This document shows positions 9,321 through 17,761 of a stretch of DNA of 64,000 nucleotides, piece by piece. The stretch lies in IMG/VR virus record IMGVR_UViG_3300025877_000002; one strand, written 5' to 3'. The notes beneath the pieces were generated by a model that was not told the origin of the DNA, did no database searches, and was given only the letters and a program-made list of their open reading frames with translations. Position 1 is the first letter of the stretch. Each line of letters starts with the position of its first letter. This DNA is from an uncultured virus (IMG/VR IMGVR_UViG_3300025877_000002). Its lineage: Duplodnaviria; Heunggongvirae; Uroviricota; Caudoviricetes. A program made the translations under genes and the position numbers.

Positions 9321-9820
9321 GATATAGGTTTATCTTCATGGATATGAATTTTATCCCCCGCTGTTTTGTGATTGTATAATTTCTGTCTTACCTGGGTACA
9401 GATGTCTTGGGCATACTCTTTTAAATTAACCTCACTTTCAAATTCCCCGGCCTCATTGAAGCACATGAGAATATGTTTGTGTTCCCTTTTTTCTACCTTA
9501 AACAGTTTAAGTTTATCAGACCTTTTGAACCTTACCGAATATTGGGTTATTACGTGGTTGGTGGGTATCCGGGATAAAGATAACTCTTGGGCTCCCGTTA
9601 TTTTTTCAGGGGGATTAGGAATAAACTCTTCAGGGGGTACATTGGGTATCTCTACTACGGGTTGGTATTTTAAAAGGGGTTTTGTTTCCCTCTTTATTAT
9701 TACATTGATAGCTGAGTCAAGTATAGAGTAATCCTCCTCTAGGGATTTAATCTTGGATAATATATCGCTTTTTAAAGCTTCCAGGTTATGGATGGCCTTT
9801 TGTTTTGCTTCTGTTTCCAT
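9305..9820 (-). CDS. Hypothetical protein
   Basis: 171-aa ORF with an N-terminal coiled coil. Confidence 0.6.
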   Translation of the reverse strand: METEAKQKAIHNLEALKSDILSKIKSLEEDYSILDSAINVIIKRETKPLLKYQPVVEIPNVPPEEFIPNPPEKITGAQELSLSRIPTNHVITQYSVRFKRSDKLKLFKVEKREHKHILMCFNEAGEFESEVNLKEYAQDICTQVRQKLYNHKTAGDKIHIHEDKPISWLKS

Positions 9821-9841
9821 AAAGATGTTTATTAATAATAG

Positions 9842-10969
9842 TTATTCCTCAACTTCGGATTTTGCTGCTTTAACTGGAAACATATTGTAATTTATGGCAT
9901 CCAATTTTTTCTGGGTACGGCTGATTGTATTGATCCTGGATTTCTTGATCAACTCTGACCTAAGATCTGAATCTTCTCTGAGGTTGGCCATAAGTTTTTC
10001 TTCGGAAGTCCCCACGACTTTGCTCTTATAATAATATCGGGAGGAACCTTTTTGTCTCTCAAGAACCCCGAGTGAAACCAAGACTTCGGGTAACCCAATA
10101 TAACGATCGAACCCAATTTGATTTCCGTCTTCTTCTGAAAAATATACCTGAGTTTCTGTACGAGTTCTTGGTGGTCCAGTTTTGTCCTTCTTAGTAGTAA
10201 TGTAGACATTTTTTCCTACGATTATTTGTTGTCCTTTTTTCTTGATCTTAATGGCTTTGCTTCCCCAAACCGATACCCTTTGTGAGGCATAGAATTTAGT
10301 TGCAGTACCCCCTGGAGTAATGTCAGGATCTTCATATTTGGAAGCCCCCACCTTTTTACGAAGTTGGTTAATCAGTACAACTGTTATACCCAACCTTTTG
10401 AACTCCATGTTCCGTTCTCTTAAGAAGTCTCCTATCTTACGAGCTCTTACACCCATCTCCGATTTTTTATCCATTTGAGGCATACCTTCCAATTCTAAGG
10501 TTGTTAGAGCAGCTAATGAATCTAATACGAATAAAATGGGTTCATTATTGGTTAATTGGGATCTTACTAGTCTCCCCATATCTAACACCCAATCTGCAAT
10601 TGTTTCAATTGCAACTACGCCTTCTAGAAGTCTTACCTTTGATAGGTCAATCCCATTTTTGAGCATCCAGAGTTTATCGAAGGCATTCTCCACATCAGCC
10701 CAAAGTCCTACACCCCCTAATTGTTGGGTACAGTATAGTAGGTCTGTAGCTAGCAGGGATTTACCTGAAGACTCTGGCCCAAATAGTTCTAGGATCTTTC
10801 CATAAGGAACTCCACCGTTCAATTGCCAGTTTAATCGGATTAACCTTGAAGGTATTCGCAATGATACTTTATCATCGGATAGCAATTCTGCGGCAATTCC
10901 GCTTGAAGGGTATTTCTTTGCTAACTTGGCTTCGGTCATTAGCCCCGATTTTACTTTCTTCTTTGCCAT
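9842..10969 (-). CDS. recA: RecA/UvsX recombinase
   Basis: GGVPYGKILELFGPESSGKS Walker A, VLDSLAAL Walker B, INQLR, PGG..KFYAS. Confidence 0.95.
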   Translation of the reverse strand: MAKKKVKSGLMTEAKLAKKYPSSGIAAELLSDDKVSLRIPSRLIRLNWQLNGGVPYGKILELFGPESSGKSLLATDLLYCTQQLGGVGLWADVENAFDKLWMLKNGIDLSKVRLLEGVVAIETIADWVLDMGRLVRSQLTNNEPILFVLDSLAALTTLELEGMPQMDKKSEMGVRARKIGDFLRERNMEFKRLGITVVLINQLRKKVGASKYEDPDITPGGTATKFYASQRVSVWGSKAIKIKKKGQQIIVGKNVYITTKKDKTGPPRTRTETQVYFSEEDGNQIGFDRYIGLPEVLVSLGVLERQKGSSRYYYKSKVVGTSEEKLMANLREDSDLRSELIKKSRINTISRTQKKLDAINYNMFPVKAAKSEVEE

Positions 10970-10986
10970 GTTTTTTGGGTTAAACT

Positions 10987-11012
10987 AAAAGAGAGGCCGA
11001 AGCCCCTCTTTT
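10987..11012 (-). terminator. Intrinsic terminator
   Basis: GAGGGGC-TTCG-GCCTCTC-TTTT: cUUCGg hairpin followed by a U tract. Confidence 0.8.
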
Positions 11013-11035
11013 GTGATTAAAATAGAATTGAAAGA

Positions 11036-11329
11036 TTACCAACCGTCACCGGCTTTGGCAGCACCTGATTTGATAGCAGCTTGGGCCTTTTCAAGGCTCA
11101 TGATAGCTGAAATCTTATCATCTTCGAACTCGGCATCTTCTCCTTTTGCCACGCAACGATTCCCATCACGGTCGATACGGACATGAGCCATTGCTCTGTT
11201 CTTTGCTTTCTCAGCTGCAGCCTTTAATTGATCGGCGGTTGCAGCGGCATTTTTGGCTTTCAATGCTTTCTTAAGGCGACTAGCCATGGCCATGTTATAG
11301 CCTCTTACTGGTTCTTTTACTGTTGACAT
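11036..11329 (-). CDS. Small Ala/Lys-rich protein
   Basis: 97-aa ORF followed by a terminator. Confidence 0.7.
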   Translation of the reverse strand: MSTVKEPVRGYNMAMASRLKKALKAKNAAATADQLKAAAEKAKNRAMAHVRIDRDGNRCVAKGEDAEFEDDKISAIMSLEKAQAAIKSGAAKAGDGW

Positions 11330-11342
11330 GATTTATTTTAGA

Positions 11343-11597
11343 TTAAGGATTTATTACTGATAATGATACTGGTGGGTGTCCGGGAGCATAGATTTCGAGT
11401 TTTATTTTCCTTGTTTCACCTAAGGCTTGAAATTCCTCCTCGGTTAACTCCCATACTGAAATCCATTTGTTAACTGCTCCTGCTGTCATAAGAGCTACTT
11501 CCAATTGGCAGGGGAACCCGGAGTTGCATTCCGCATCAGTCATATTATCCGGTTTGTTTAGGATATGAGTCCTTTCAGGGAATTCTACTGGGTTCAT
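11343..11597 (-). CDS. Hypothetical protein
   Basis: ATGA overlap with the SSB-like gene. Confidence 0.65.
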   Translation of the reverse strand: MNPVEFPERTHILNKPDNMTDAECNSGFPCQLEVALMTAGAVNKWISVWELTEEEFQALGETRKIKLEIYAPGHPPVSLSVINP

Positions 11598-12337
11598 AGG
11601 TCCTTCTTTTTCTTTTTCTTTTTCTTAACCGAACCTTCTCCCGAAGATTTCTTTTTAGGTTTTTCATCCCCTTCATCCAAAGAACCTCCAGCAAGGAATT
11701 GCTTTAAGATTTCCTTAGATTGCTCATAAGTCGGTACTAACTTACGAACTACATCTTCAGGGTTAATGATTTGACGGAATTCTTTTGCCAGTTTTGAAGG
11801 CTTGCACTGAATAGCATTGTACTTGGTGTTTTTCTGGCCTTGGCCACTTCGTTTGATTTTTACATCAAACCCATTGATCGGATCAGTAAAGTCTCCACCT
11901 TCCTCATCAAGGTACATATCAAGCAATTGCTGATATACATCTTTGATAAGTATCGCCGGTTTACAAGCATTGTCTGTGTCAACCTCTTTACCTTTATCAT
12001 CCTTGAATGGGACTGCAATAACAATGAATCGCTGTTTAGGGAATACCTTGTTAGCCATTTCATTATCAGACTCATCTGAAGAAGCTTTCATCTTCTTGTG
12101 GAAATCCATTACTGCGCATTTCTCACCAAATGTAGCCGGAGAGATGTAGCTTCTGATTTTATCACCGAGCCAGAAGAAAACTACTTCTGCACCCCAGTCA
12201 TTATCTTCTCCTGGTGGTACTATCCGGATTCTTTTAGTACCATCCTTAAAGAGGATGAATTGCCAGCCTTCGCCAGAAGACTCAGCCAATTTCTTTTGTT
12301 TTTCCCGCAGTCGTGTTGCGAGGTCCTTTTTAGCCAT
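11594..12337 (-). CDS. gp32-like single-stranded DNA-binding protein
   Basis: RIRIVPP, DFTDPINGFDVKIKRSGQG..TKY pattern; lies between the uvsY-like and recA genes. Confidence 0.7.
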   Translation of the reverse strand: MAKKDLATRLREKQKKLAESSGEGWQFILFKDGTKRIRIVPPGEDNDWGAEVVFFWLGDKIRSYISPATFGEKCAVMDFHKKMKASSDESDNEMANKVFPKQRFIVIAVPFKDDKGKEVDTDNACKPAILIKDVYQQLLDMYLDEEGGDFTDPINGFDVKIKRSGQGQKNTKYNAIQCKPSKLAKEFRQIINPEDVVRKLVPTYEQSKEILKQFLAGGSLDEGDEKPKKKSSGEGSVKKKKKKKKDL

Positions 12338-12358
12338 ATTGTTAGTTATTGGAATTGT

Positions 12359-12817
12359 TTATACTTCTTTTCTTGTATTAGCACTGATAGTTTGAATCAT
12401 TTGTTGCCTTCCCTCGAATGCTCTTACGCAAGCATATATAAGGGATTCCTGACCCCTTGCTTCTATGAAGGTATCCTCGGCCTTTTTATAATCTCGGCTT
12501 ATGTTTGCTTTCTCCTTGCAAAGATCATCAGAATAAGGACGGTTAGTCTTTGGGTTATTCATCCCCTTATATTTAATATAAGCTCGAGAATATTCCCTCT
12601 TCATCTCTGTTTCCAACTGGGCTACGTGACGGGCCAATTTCTTATGAAGCATGGCCAGAAAAGCATAGGCAGAGGGTTGCATTAAAGCTTCGTGGGTTAT
12701 TTTGTCAGGATCAATAACCATTTCCTCATGGAGGTTGTATTTGATAAGTTCCCCTTGCCATTTTATTTCTATATTCATAAGCCCAGAAGTCCGGGCATGT
12801 TTTACCAATTTCCTCAT
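12359..12817 (-). CDS. UvsY-like recombination mediator
   Basis: Helical 152-aa protein ending in ISANTRKE; context next to SSB and RecA. Confidence 0.6.
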   Translation of the reverse strand: MRKLVKHARTSGLMNIEIKWQGELIKYNLHEEMVIDPDKITHEALMQPSAYAFLAMLHKKLARHVAQLETEMKREYSRAYIKYKGMNNPKTNRPYSDDLCKEKANISRDYKKAEDTFIEARGQESLIYACVRAFEGRQQMIQTISANTRKEV

Positions 12818-12847
12818 AATAAGTTTCCTTATATTATAATAGCATTC

Positions 12848-13426
12848 CTATTTAGTATTCAAGTATTGAAATACTATTCTCTTCCTTTCATCTAAATCAT
12901 AGGTCTCTATCAATAAAGGAGTTAGGTAATTCATAGCTTGATCCATACGATATTCCTCAGCTGCATACTTCATCATCTCCCAAGTCATTTTCTGATATTG
13001 CAGATTTTGAATTCTTACTCCATCCTCTTCAGGGTTTGTGTAAAGAGGGGGTATCATGATCAGGTGGGTGCATCGGTGACATACAGCCAAAGTTTTAGAG
13101 ATGAAGGCTACAGTTTCTTGTTCGGTGTTAAAAGCTGAATTTTGAAGTAAAAAGTAGGCAATACTATCCACAAATGAACGATCCATTACGTATGAATCTC
13201 CCATGGATAGTTGGGACCTCTGAGCTAGAAGCTCATACTGGTACATGTTACCTTTCACAATGTCGGCGGCAGTCATTTTAATGATGTCGCTATGGCTTTC
13301 GCATCCATATAATTTTCTAAGCCCTGGTCCATCTGTATGGATATAGGGTATACCAAATTGTTCGGCTATAAATTTGGCTAATGTTGTTTTACCGGCTCCA
13401 CTCGGGCCGCAAATTTGTATTTTCAT
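12848..13426 (-). CDS. P-loop (deoxy)nucleoside monophosphate kinase
   Basis: GPSGAGKTT Walker A, DRSFVD, EDGVR lid. Confidence 0.8.
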   Translation of the reverse strand: MKIQICGPSGAGKTTLAKFIAEQFGIPYIHTDGPGLRKLYGCESHSDIIKMTAADIVKGNMYQYELLAQRSQLSMGDSYVMDRSFVDSIAYFLLQNSAFNTEQETVAFISKTLAVCHRCTHLIMIPPLYTNPEEDGVRIQNLQYQKMTWEMMKYAAEEYRMDQAMNYLTPLLIETYDLDERKRIVFQYLNTK

Positions 13427-13593
13427 AGTTCGTCTTTTAAAATTGCGTAGTTTTCTTTAATATAGGCTTTTAATAGAGGATCACTAAGTCCGTTAGCCCA
13501 AAGGTAAAGTAGATAATCAGCGGGTACATTTGCTAATTTTGTTCCTTTATGCTTACCAAAAGGCATGGGAGTATTATCATCGTATTTTTTCAT
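13423..13593 (-). CDS. Small DUF3820-like (MPFGKHKG) protein
   Basis: MPFGKHKG...VPADYLLYL motif; ATG at 13593 overlaps the polymerase stop (ATGA). Confidence 0.75.
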   Translation of the reverse strand: MKKYDDNTPMPFGKHKGTKLANVPADYLLYLWANGLSDPLLKAYIKENYAILKDEL

Positions 13594-15737
13594 CGGTTTA
13601 GTAGTTTTGTGTAATCTTCTTCTGGATGGTAGCCCCGAAGTTGTCCCCAGTTCCAAGAGGCTTCGGCATTTACCTGCATTTTAACTTTTTTCATCTCAAA
13701 TCCGAAATATTTCATTGTACTCGGGTTTGCACATATCTCAACTAACTTTGGGACTAATTCATGTATGTATTCTGGATATATATAGAATCCAATTGAATCA
13801 TGGACATTGTATACTTCTTGTACTATCCCCCTTAGATTCCCCCTCTTTCTTTCCTGCCTAACAATTACAGAACTAAATGTCCCGAATTGAGCAGCACTAC
13901 CCTGCACTGGAGCATTGGTGGATTGCCGTTGAGCCTGAAGCATAAGGGAGAAGTTGTGGCTATCGATATTTGGTAGCCTTCGTTTCTGCCCAAACATGGT
14001 TGTAACAAATCCCTGTTTCTTTACCAACTTATGTTGGCTATCCATGAATTTTTTGATTCTCGGGAAATCTTTAAACCAATCTTTCATGTATTGTTCTGCT
14101 TCGGCTACGCTAACGACCTCCCCGTCCTTCTCTAGTGTCTCCTTTAACATCTTGGGTGATTGTTCATACAAGATACCAAAGTTGATAGTCTTAGCTCGCT
14201 TTTTACGCTTAGTCCAGTACACGTGATCCGGGTGATCCTCATCCTTGGTTATCTTAAGAATCTCATCGTAACGATCTTCAACTTTATTGGCTCTGCAAGC
14301 TGAGGCAACGTGAACATTCCTTCCGATTCTAAACCATTCGATCATGGTTTTTTCATTAGCCCATTCTGCAACTATCCTAAGCTCGGCTTGGGAATAATCG
14401 ATCTCTAAGAGTATAGTTCCCGGTGGAGCAATGAACATCCGTTTAATATCGGATGAGGTAGTATCTCGGGGAACGTTTTGAAGATTGGGTTCAACGCAAG
14501 AAAGTCGACCTGTAACAGTACCATGCAATTTAAAGCTCGGGTGTACCCTGTTTTGGTCATCAAGTATCTCATAGATTCCCTTGATATATGTTGAGTATAG
14601 TTTTTGCAGTCCCCGTAACTCTAGCAGAGCATCAATGAACCCGTGCTTATCTCTTTTTTTCAGTTTGAGTAAAGTTTCTTCGGCAGTACTTGGGTTATCG
14701 GTTGGTTTCTTATCCTTAAGTGTGTAATCTAAGATTGGGAATCTGAAGCCCCGTTTACTTCGGTATAAGAGATTGATAAGTTGGGGAGGGGAGCCAAGAT
14801 TAAGACCTGTATAAGTTTCCTTAGCCGAGGTATTACCCATGATGATCCGATCTATTTTATCCTCTCGGTTCTTTTTGAGTTTTGCATAGTTTTTAGCATC
14901 CTCATCTAGGTCATCGATCTCATCTTGGATTTTGGCAATTATCTTTTTAATAAAATCCTTTTTAGCCCTCTTTTCGAAACGTTTTATAATGGGCAAGGAC
15001 ATTACCTGATTCTGTTTATCGGCTATCTTCTTTTCATACTCCTGTATGAGGTTAGTAAGATAGGGTTTATCGATTAAAGCTCCTTCATATTCGCATTCTG
15101 CTAAGCCCCTTGATCTAGGCATATACATATTACGATACAGGGAATAGAATCCGTTTTTAATTAACTTCTGCTCTAACCAGATATAAGCCTCGAATTCAAG
15201 GGTACAATCTAAAGCACAATATTTAGCAAGGGGTTCTATCGGGACATTACCCCAGCCACCATGTTTCTTTACTAATGAGTGGATCTCATCTTCATAGCCG
15301 AAATATTTCGGTATATAGTTTCCCACAAAGGATTTAAGGTCATTGGGTCGTTCTTCATCAAGTAAATATTTGGCGAGCATCCCATCGAAGAAGCGACCAA
15401 TAATTTTACAGCCATAACGAAATAACCATTTCTCCTCGAATTTACCGTTCCAAGCAATTTTTGTAATAGCCGGGTCCTCAAGTACCATTCGAGAGAACCT
15501 ACGTAACCGTTTTTCCCAATTACCCTTCCATGGTGAATCCTTATGACCGAGGGGAATAATCCAGGCTGACCCAATTTGGAATGACACTCCGAGTATTGTT
15601 GGATACTTTTCTGGATCATGAAATTCGAGTCCATTAGTTTCGAAGTCAATACAGGCATACCCGGTTTGCTTGCAGTGGGCGATGAGTTGATCGAGTTCTG
15701 CATCAGATGAAATTAATTTGAACGGTACGCCCTTCAT
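13590..15737 (-). CDS. Family A DNA polymerase with 3'-5' exonuclease
   Basis: DFET (ExoI), NGKFE (ExoII), YCALD (ExoIII), TVTGRLS..PNLQN, DYSQAELR (A), KTINFGILY (B), VHDS (C). Confidence 0.96.
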   Translation of the reverse strand: MKGVPFKLISSDAELDQLIAHCKQTGYACIDFETNGLEFHDPEKYPTILGVSFQIGSAWIIPLGHKDSPWKGNWEKRLRRFSRMVLEDPAITKIAWNGKFEEKWLFRYGCKIIGRFFDGMLAKYLLDEERPNDLKSFVGNYIPKYFGYEDEIHSLVKKHGGWGNVPIEPLAKYCALDCTLEFEAYIWLEQKLIKNGFYSLYRNMYMPRSRGLAECEYEGALIDKPYLTNLIQEYEKKIADKQNQVMSLPIIKRFEKRAKKDFIKKIIAKIQDEIDDLDEDAKNYAKLKKNREDKIDRIIMGNTSAKETYTGLNLGSPPQLINLLYRSKRGFRFPILDYTLKDKKPTDNPSTAEETLLKLKKRDKHGFIDALLELRGLQKLYSTYIKGIYEILDDQNRVHPSFKLHGTVTGRLSCVEPNLQNVPRDTTSSDIKRMFIAPPGTILLEIDYSQAELRIVAEWANEKTMIEWFRIGRNVHVASACRANKVEDRYDEILKITKDEDHPDHVYWTKRKKRAKTINFGILYEQSPKMLKETLEKDGEVVSVAEAEQYMKDWFKDFPRIKKFMDSQHKLVKKQGFVTTMFGQKRRLPNIDSHNFSLMLQAQRQSTNAPVQGSAAQFGTFSSVIVRQERKRGNLRGIVQEVYNVHDSIGFYIYPEYIHELVPKLVEICANPSTMKYFGFEMKKVKMQVNAEASWNWGQLRGYHPEEDYTKLLNR

Positions 15738-16155
15738 ATTTTCTTATGTATATATCCTTAAAATCTAATACTTTAGAATCCATTTCCCTGTAAGTGTCTC
15801 GGTAACAGATAGCCCCTACTCCAGCTTGTACGATCAGCTCTTGGCACTTTCTACAGGGGAAGTGTGTAATGAAAAGAGTGGAACCCTCTAATGAGATCCC
15901 ACTCCTTGCAGCAAAGGCAATTAGGTTAGCCTCTGCATGTATTGCCTCAATGCAGGTTTTATCTAGAGGGCAAGAGCATTTACCATCTCCTCTTACTAGG
16001 AGAGGACCGTTATACCCCGTAGCTATTATCCTGTTATCTCTTACAGCTACTGCCCCAACATTTAACCTTCCACATGTATTGCGGAGGGAAAATACTTCGG
16101 CAGTAGCCATATAAACTTCATCCCTATCTGGACGTATCCTTTTCTGATCTGACAT
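15703..16155 (-). CDS. dCMP deaminase family protein
   Basis: IATGYNG, HAEAN, PCRKC zinc motifs. Confidence 0.92.
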   Translation of the reverse strand: MSDQKRIRPDRDEVYMATAEVFSLRNTCGRLNVGAVAVRDNRIIATGYNGPLLVRGDGKCSCPLDKTCIEAIHAEANLIAFAARSGISLEGSTLFITHFPCRKCQELIVQAGVGAICYRDTYREMDSKVLDFKDIYIRKYEGRTVQINFI

Positions 16156-16858
16156 CTTCTATACATTTTTTAAGCAATGGCCAATCCCTTTTATAGGAGT
16201 GAAGAGAAGTAATGTTATGGTAAAGCATACCCACTTTCATGTTTGTGCATCTTGCCACGTATTCTAATAACTTCCAAGCTAAGGCAACATCTACCCCAAA
16301 GTGGGTCATTACATCGCAACTCCTCATGTAATAAATTAAGTTTAGTTTCCCATTACGATGAACGAATTGGTAAGAGATAGAACAAGGTACTCTTTTTTTC
16401 CCACCCATTACCGCATTATCTAAATGCTGATCCCAAATCATAATCATACACTGCCTTGAATCGGGGTGTTTCACTAATTCTTTTAGGACATTATCAATCT
16501 GGGCAAATATCCTTTCTGAGTAGGTGTAATCAAATTTTGCCAGCCCATTTAAGAATTGATCCCATACATCATGTCTCTCTAGGAAAGAATGGCCGGGGTT
16601 AAGAGGTCTTCTAGATGTTCGATCCAGAATTTCGGCATTAACATAGGCTTTCATCCGGGGATCAGCAAGATAAAGGTAATCTTCTTTATCCAAAGATTCC
16701 AGGGCATAGGAGTAGTTTAGTATCTCCCGAGTCATCATTTCTGGATCATCCTTGATGACTTTGTTTTGGTAGGTATCAGTGTGAACCTCAGTTCCCATCT
16801 CCCAACAATCCCGATGTATTTCGCTAATCAGTTCGTAGCAATTTTTGTAGATTCTCAT
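16124..16858 (-). CDS. Thymidylate-synthase-fold enzyme, predicted dCMP (hydroxy)methyltransferase
   Basis: DSRQ, catalytic PC (Cys159), RSCD, SLHSY; Asp190 at the position of ThyA Asn177 / T4 gp42 Asp179. Confidence 0.8.
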   Translation of the reverse strand: MRIYKNCYELISEIHRDCWEMGTEVHTDTYQNKVIKDDPEMMTREILNYSYALESLDKEDYLYLADPRMKAYVNAEILDRTSRRPLNPGHSFLERHDVWDQFLNGLAKFDYTYSERIFAQIDNVLKELVKHPDSRQCMIMIWDQHLDNAVMGGKKRVPCSISYQFVHRNGKLNLIYYMRSCDVMTHFGVDVALAWKLLEYVARCTNMKVGMLYHNITSLHSYKRDWPLLKKCIEDVRSEKDTSR

Positions 16859-16891
16859 AGTTGATATTAAATAGATTTCCTTTTTATAGTA

Positions 16892-17761
16892 TTATAATCC
16901 GTTTTGTTGTTGACGGTATATCTTTCTTTGCCGACTAGTTACCACATGTTCTGGGTAAAGGGGGACTAGCATAAGCTTAAGGTTCCCGGCAAGTAAGGGC
17001 TTAGTTCTGGATAAAGCTTCTCCATCGGCATGAGTCTGAAGTTGGAGTACTGCCCGCCTGTTGGATTTATATTTAATCTCTAGGGGGTCAACTGTTTTGT
17101 ATCGGTTAAGAGTTTTTAAGATCCGTTCTTGAAAAGGGCCCTGTGGATGAACTGAAGCCATGAGCTTATCAATAGGTTTGTAAGTGTCATACATACTGAA
17201 GGTTTCAGCTGTGATGTAGGAATAGGGGGCAAAGAAATTAATACTAAAATGACTGCCGTCACCGTAGACATACTCGCCAATTCTGTGCACAAGTAGGAGA
17301 TCGATGAGAAACCTTTTAGTGAGTTCTGTGGCTCTGGTATGGAAATTAAGTACAGGCCAATCAGAACCTGGCCTACGGCTAAATACGATAGAAATAAGGC
17401 AATCTTTTCCATTTGTATGTGAGTTTGCAAAGTGATAACTTAAACTGTAGTTCTTTGACTTTTTGGACTCTCTAGTTTTAATGTCCGCAGCAATCAAATC
17501 TAAGTAATTCATATCAACATAATTACGCACTAGAGAAGTCCATTTTTGAATCTTGTAACCGAACATTCGGCCAAAGTCAAATTCAGGGTCTACCCAGCTC
17601 TTTCGGATATGAACGAAGGTGTCATTCATAATCATTTGAGTCCCGAATTTATTAATGCCCTGTTTCTTGGCAAGGAATAATTCATTCTGGGCTATGAACT
17701 TATTTAAACCCGACCAAGCTGATTGGGAAGTTTTAAACTCGAATTCGTTTATTTTCTCCAT
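16892..17761 (-). CDS. Divergent thymidylate-synthase-fold paralogue
   Basis: KDCLISIVFSR (Cys121) and RATELTKRFLID (Asp154) align with the TS PC...RSxD...N/D segment; HxY motif absent. Confidence 0.6.
   Translation of the reverse strand: MEKINEFEFKTSQSAWSGLNKFIAQNELFLAKKQGINKFGTQMIMNDTFVHIRKSWVDPEFDFGRMFGYKIQKWTSLVRNYVDMNYLDLIAADIKTRESKKSKNYSLSYHFANSHTNGKDCLISIVFSRRPGSDWPVLNFHTRATELTKRFLIDLLLVHRIGEYVYGDGSHFSINFFAPYSYITAETFSMYDTYKPIDKLMASVHPQGPFQERILKTLNRYKTVDPLEIKYKSNRRAVLQLQTHADGEALSRTKPLLAGNLKLMLVPLYPEHVVTSRQRKIYRQQQNGL

Noticed and set aside
13594..13656. Longer start for the DUF3820-like ORF
   Set aside because: It overlaps the polymerase C-terminus; the ATGA-coupled start at 13593 fits the domain boundary.
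16124..16858. Annotation as ordinary thyA
   Set aside because: It has Asp rather than Asn at the pyrimidine-specificity position, so the thyA symbol is withheld pending an assay.
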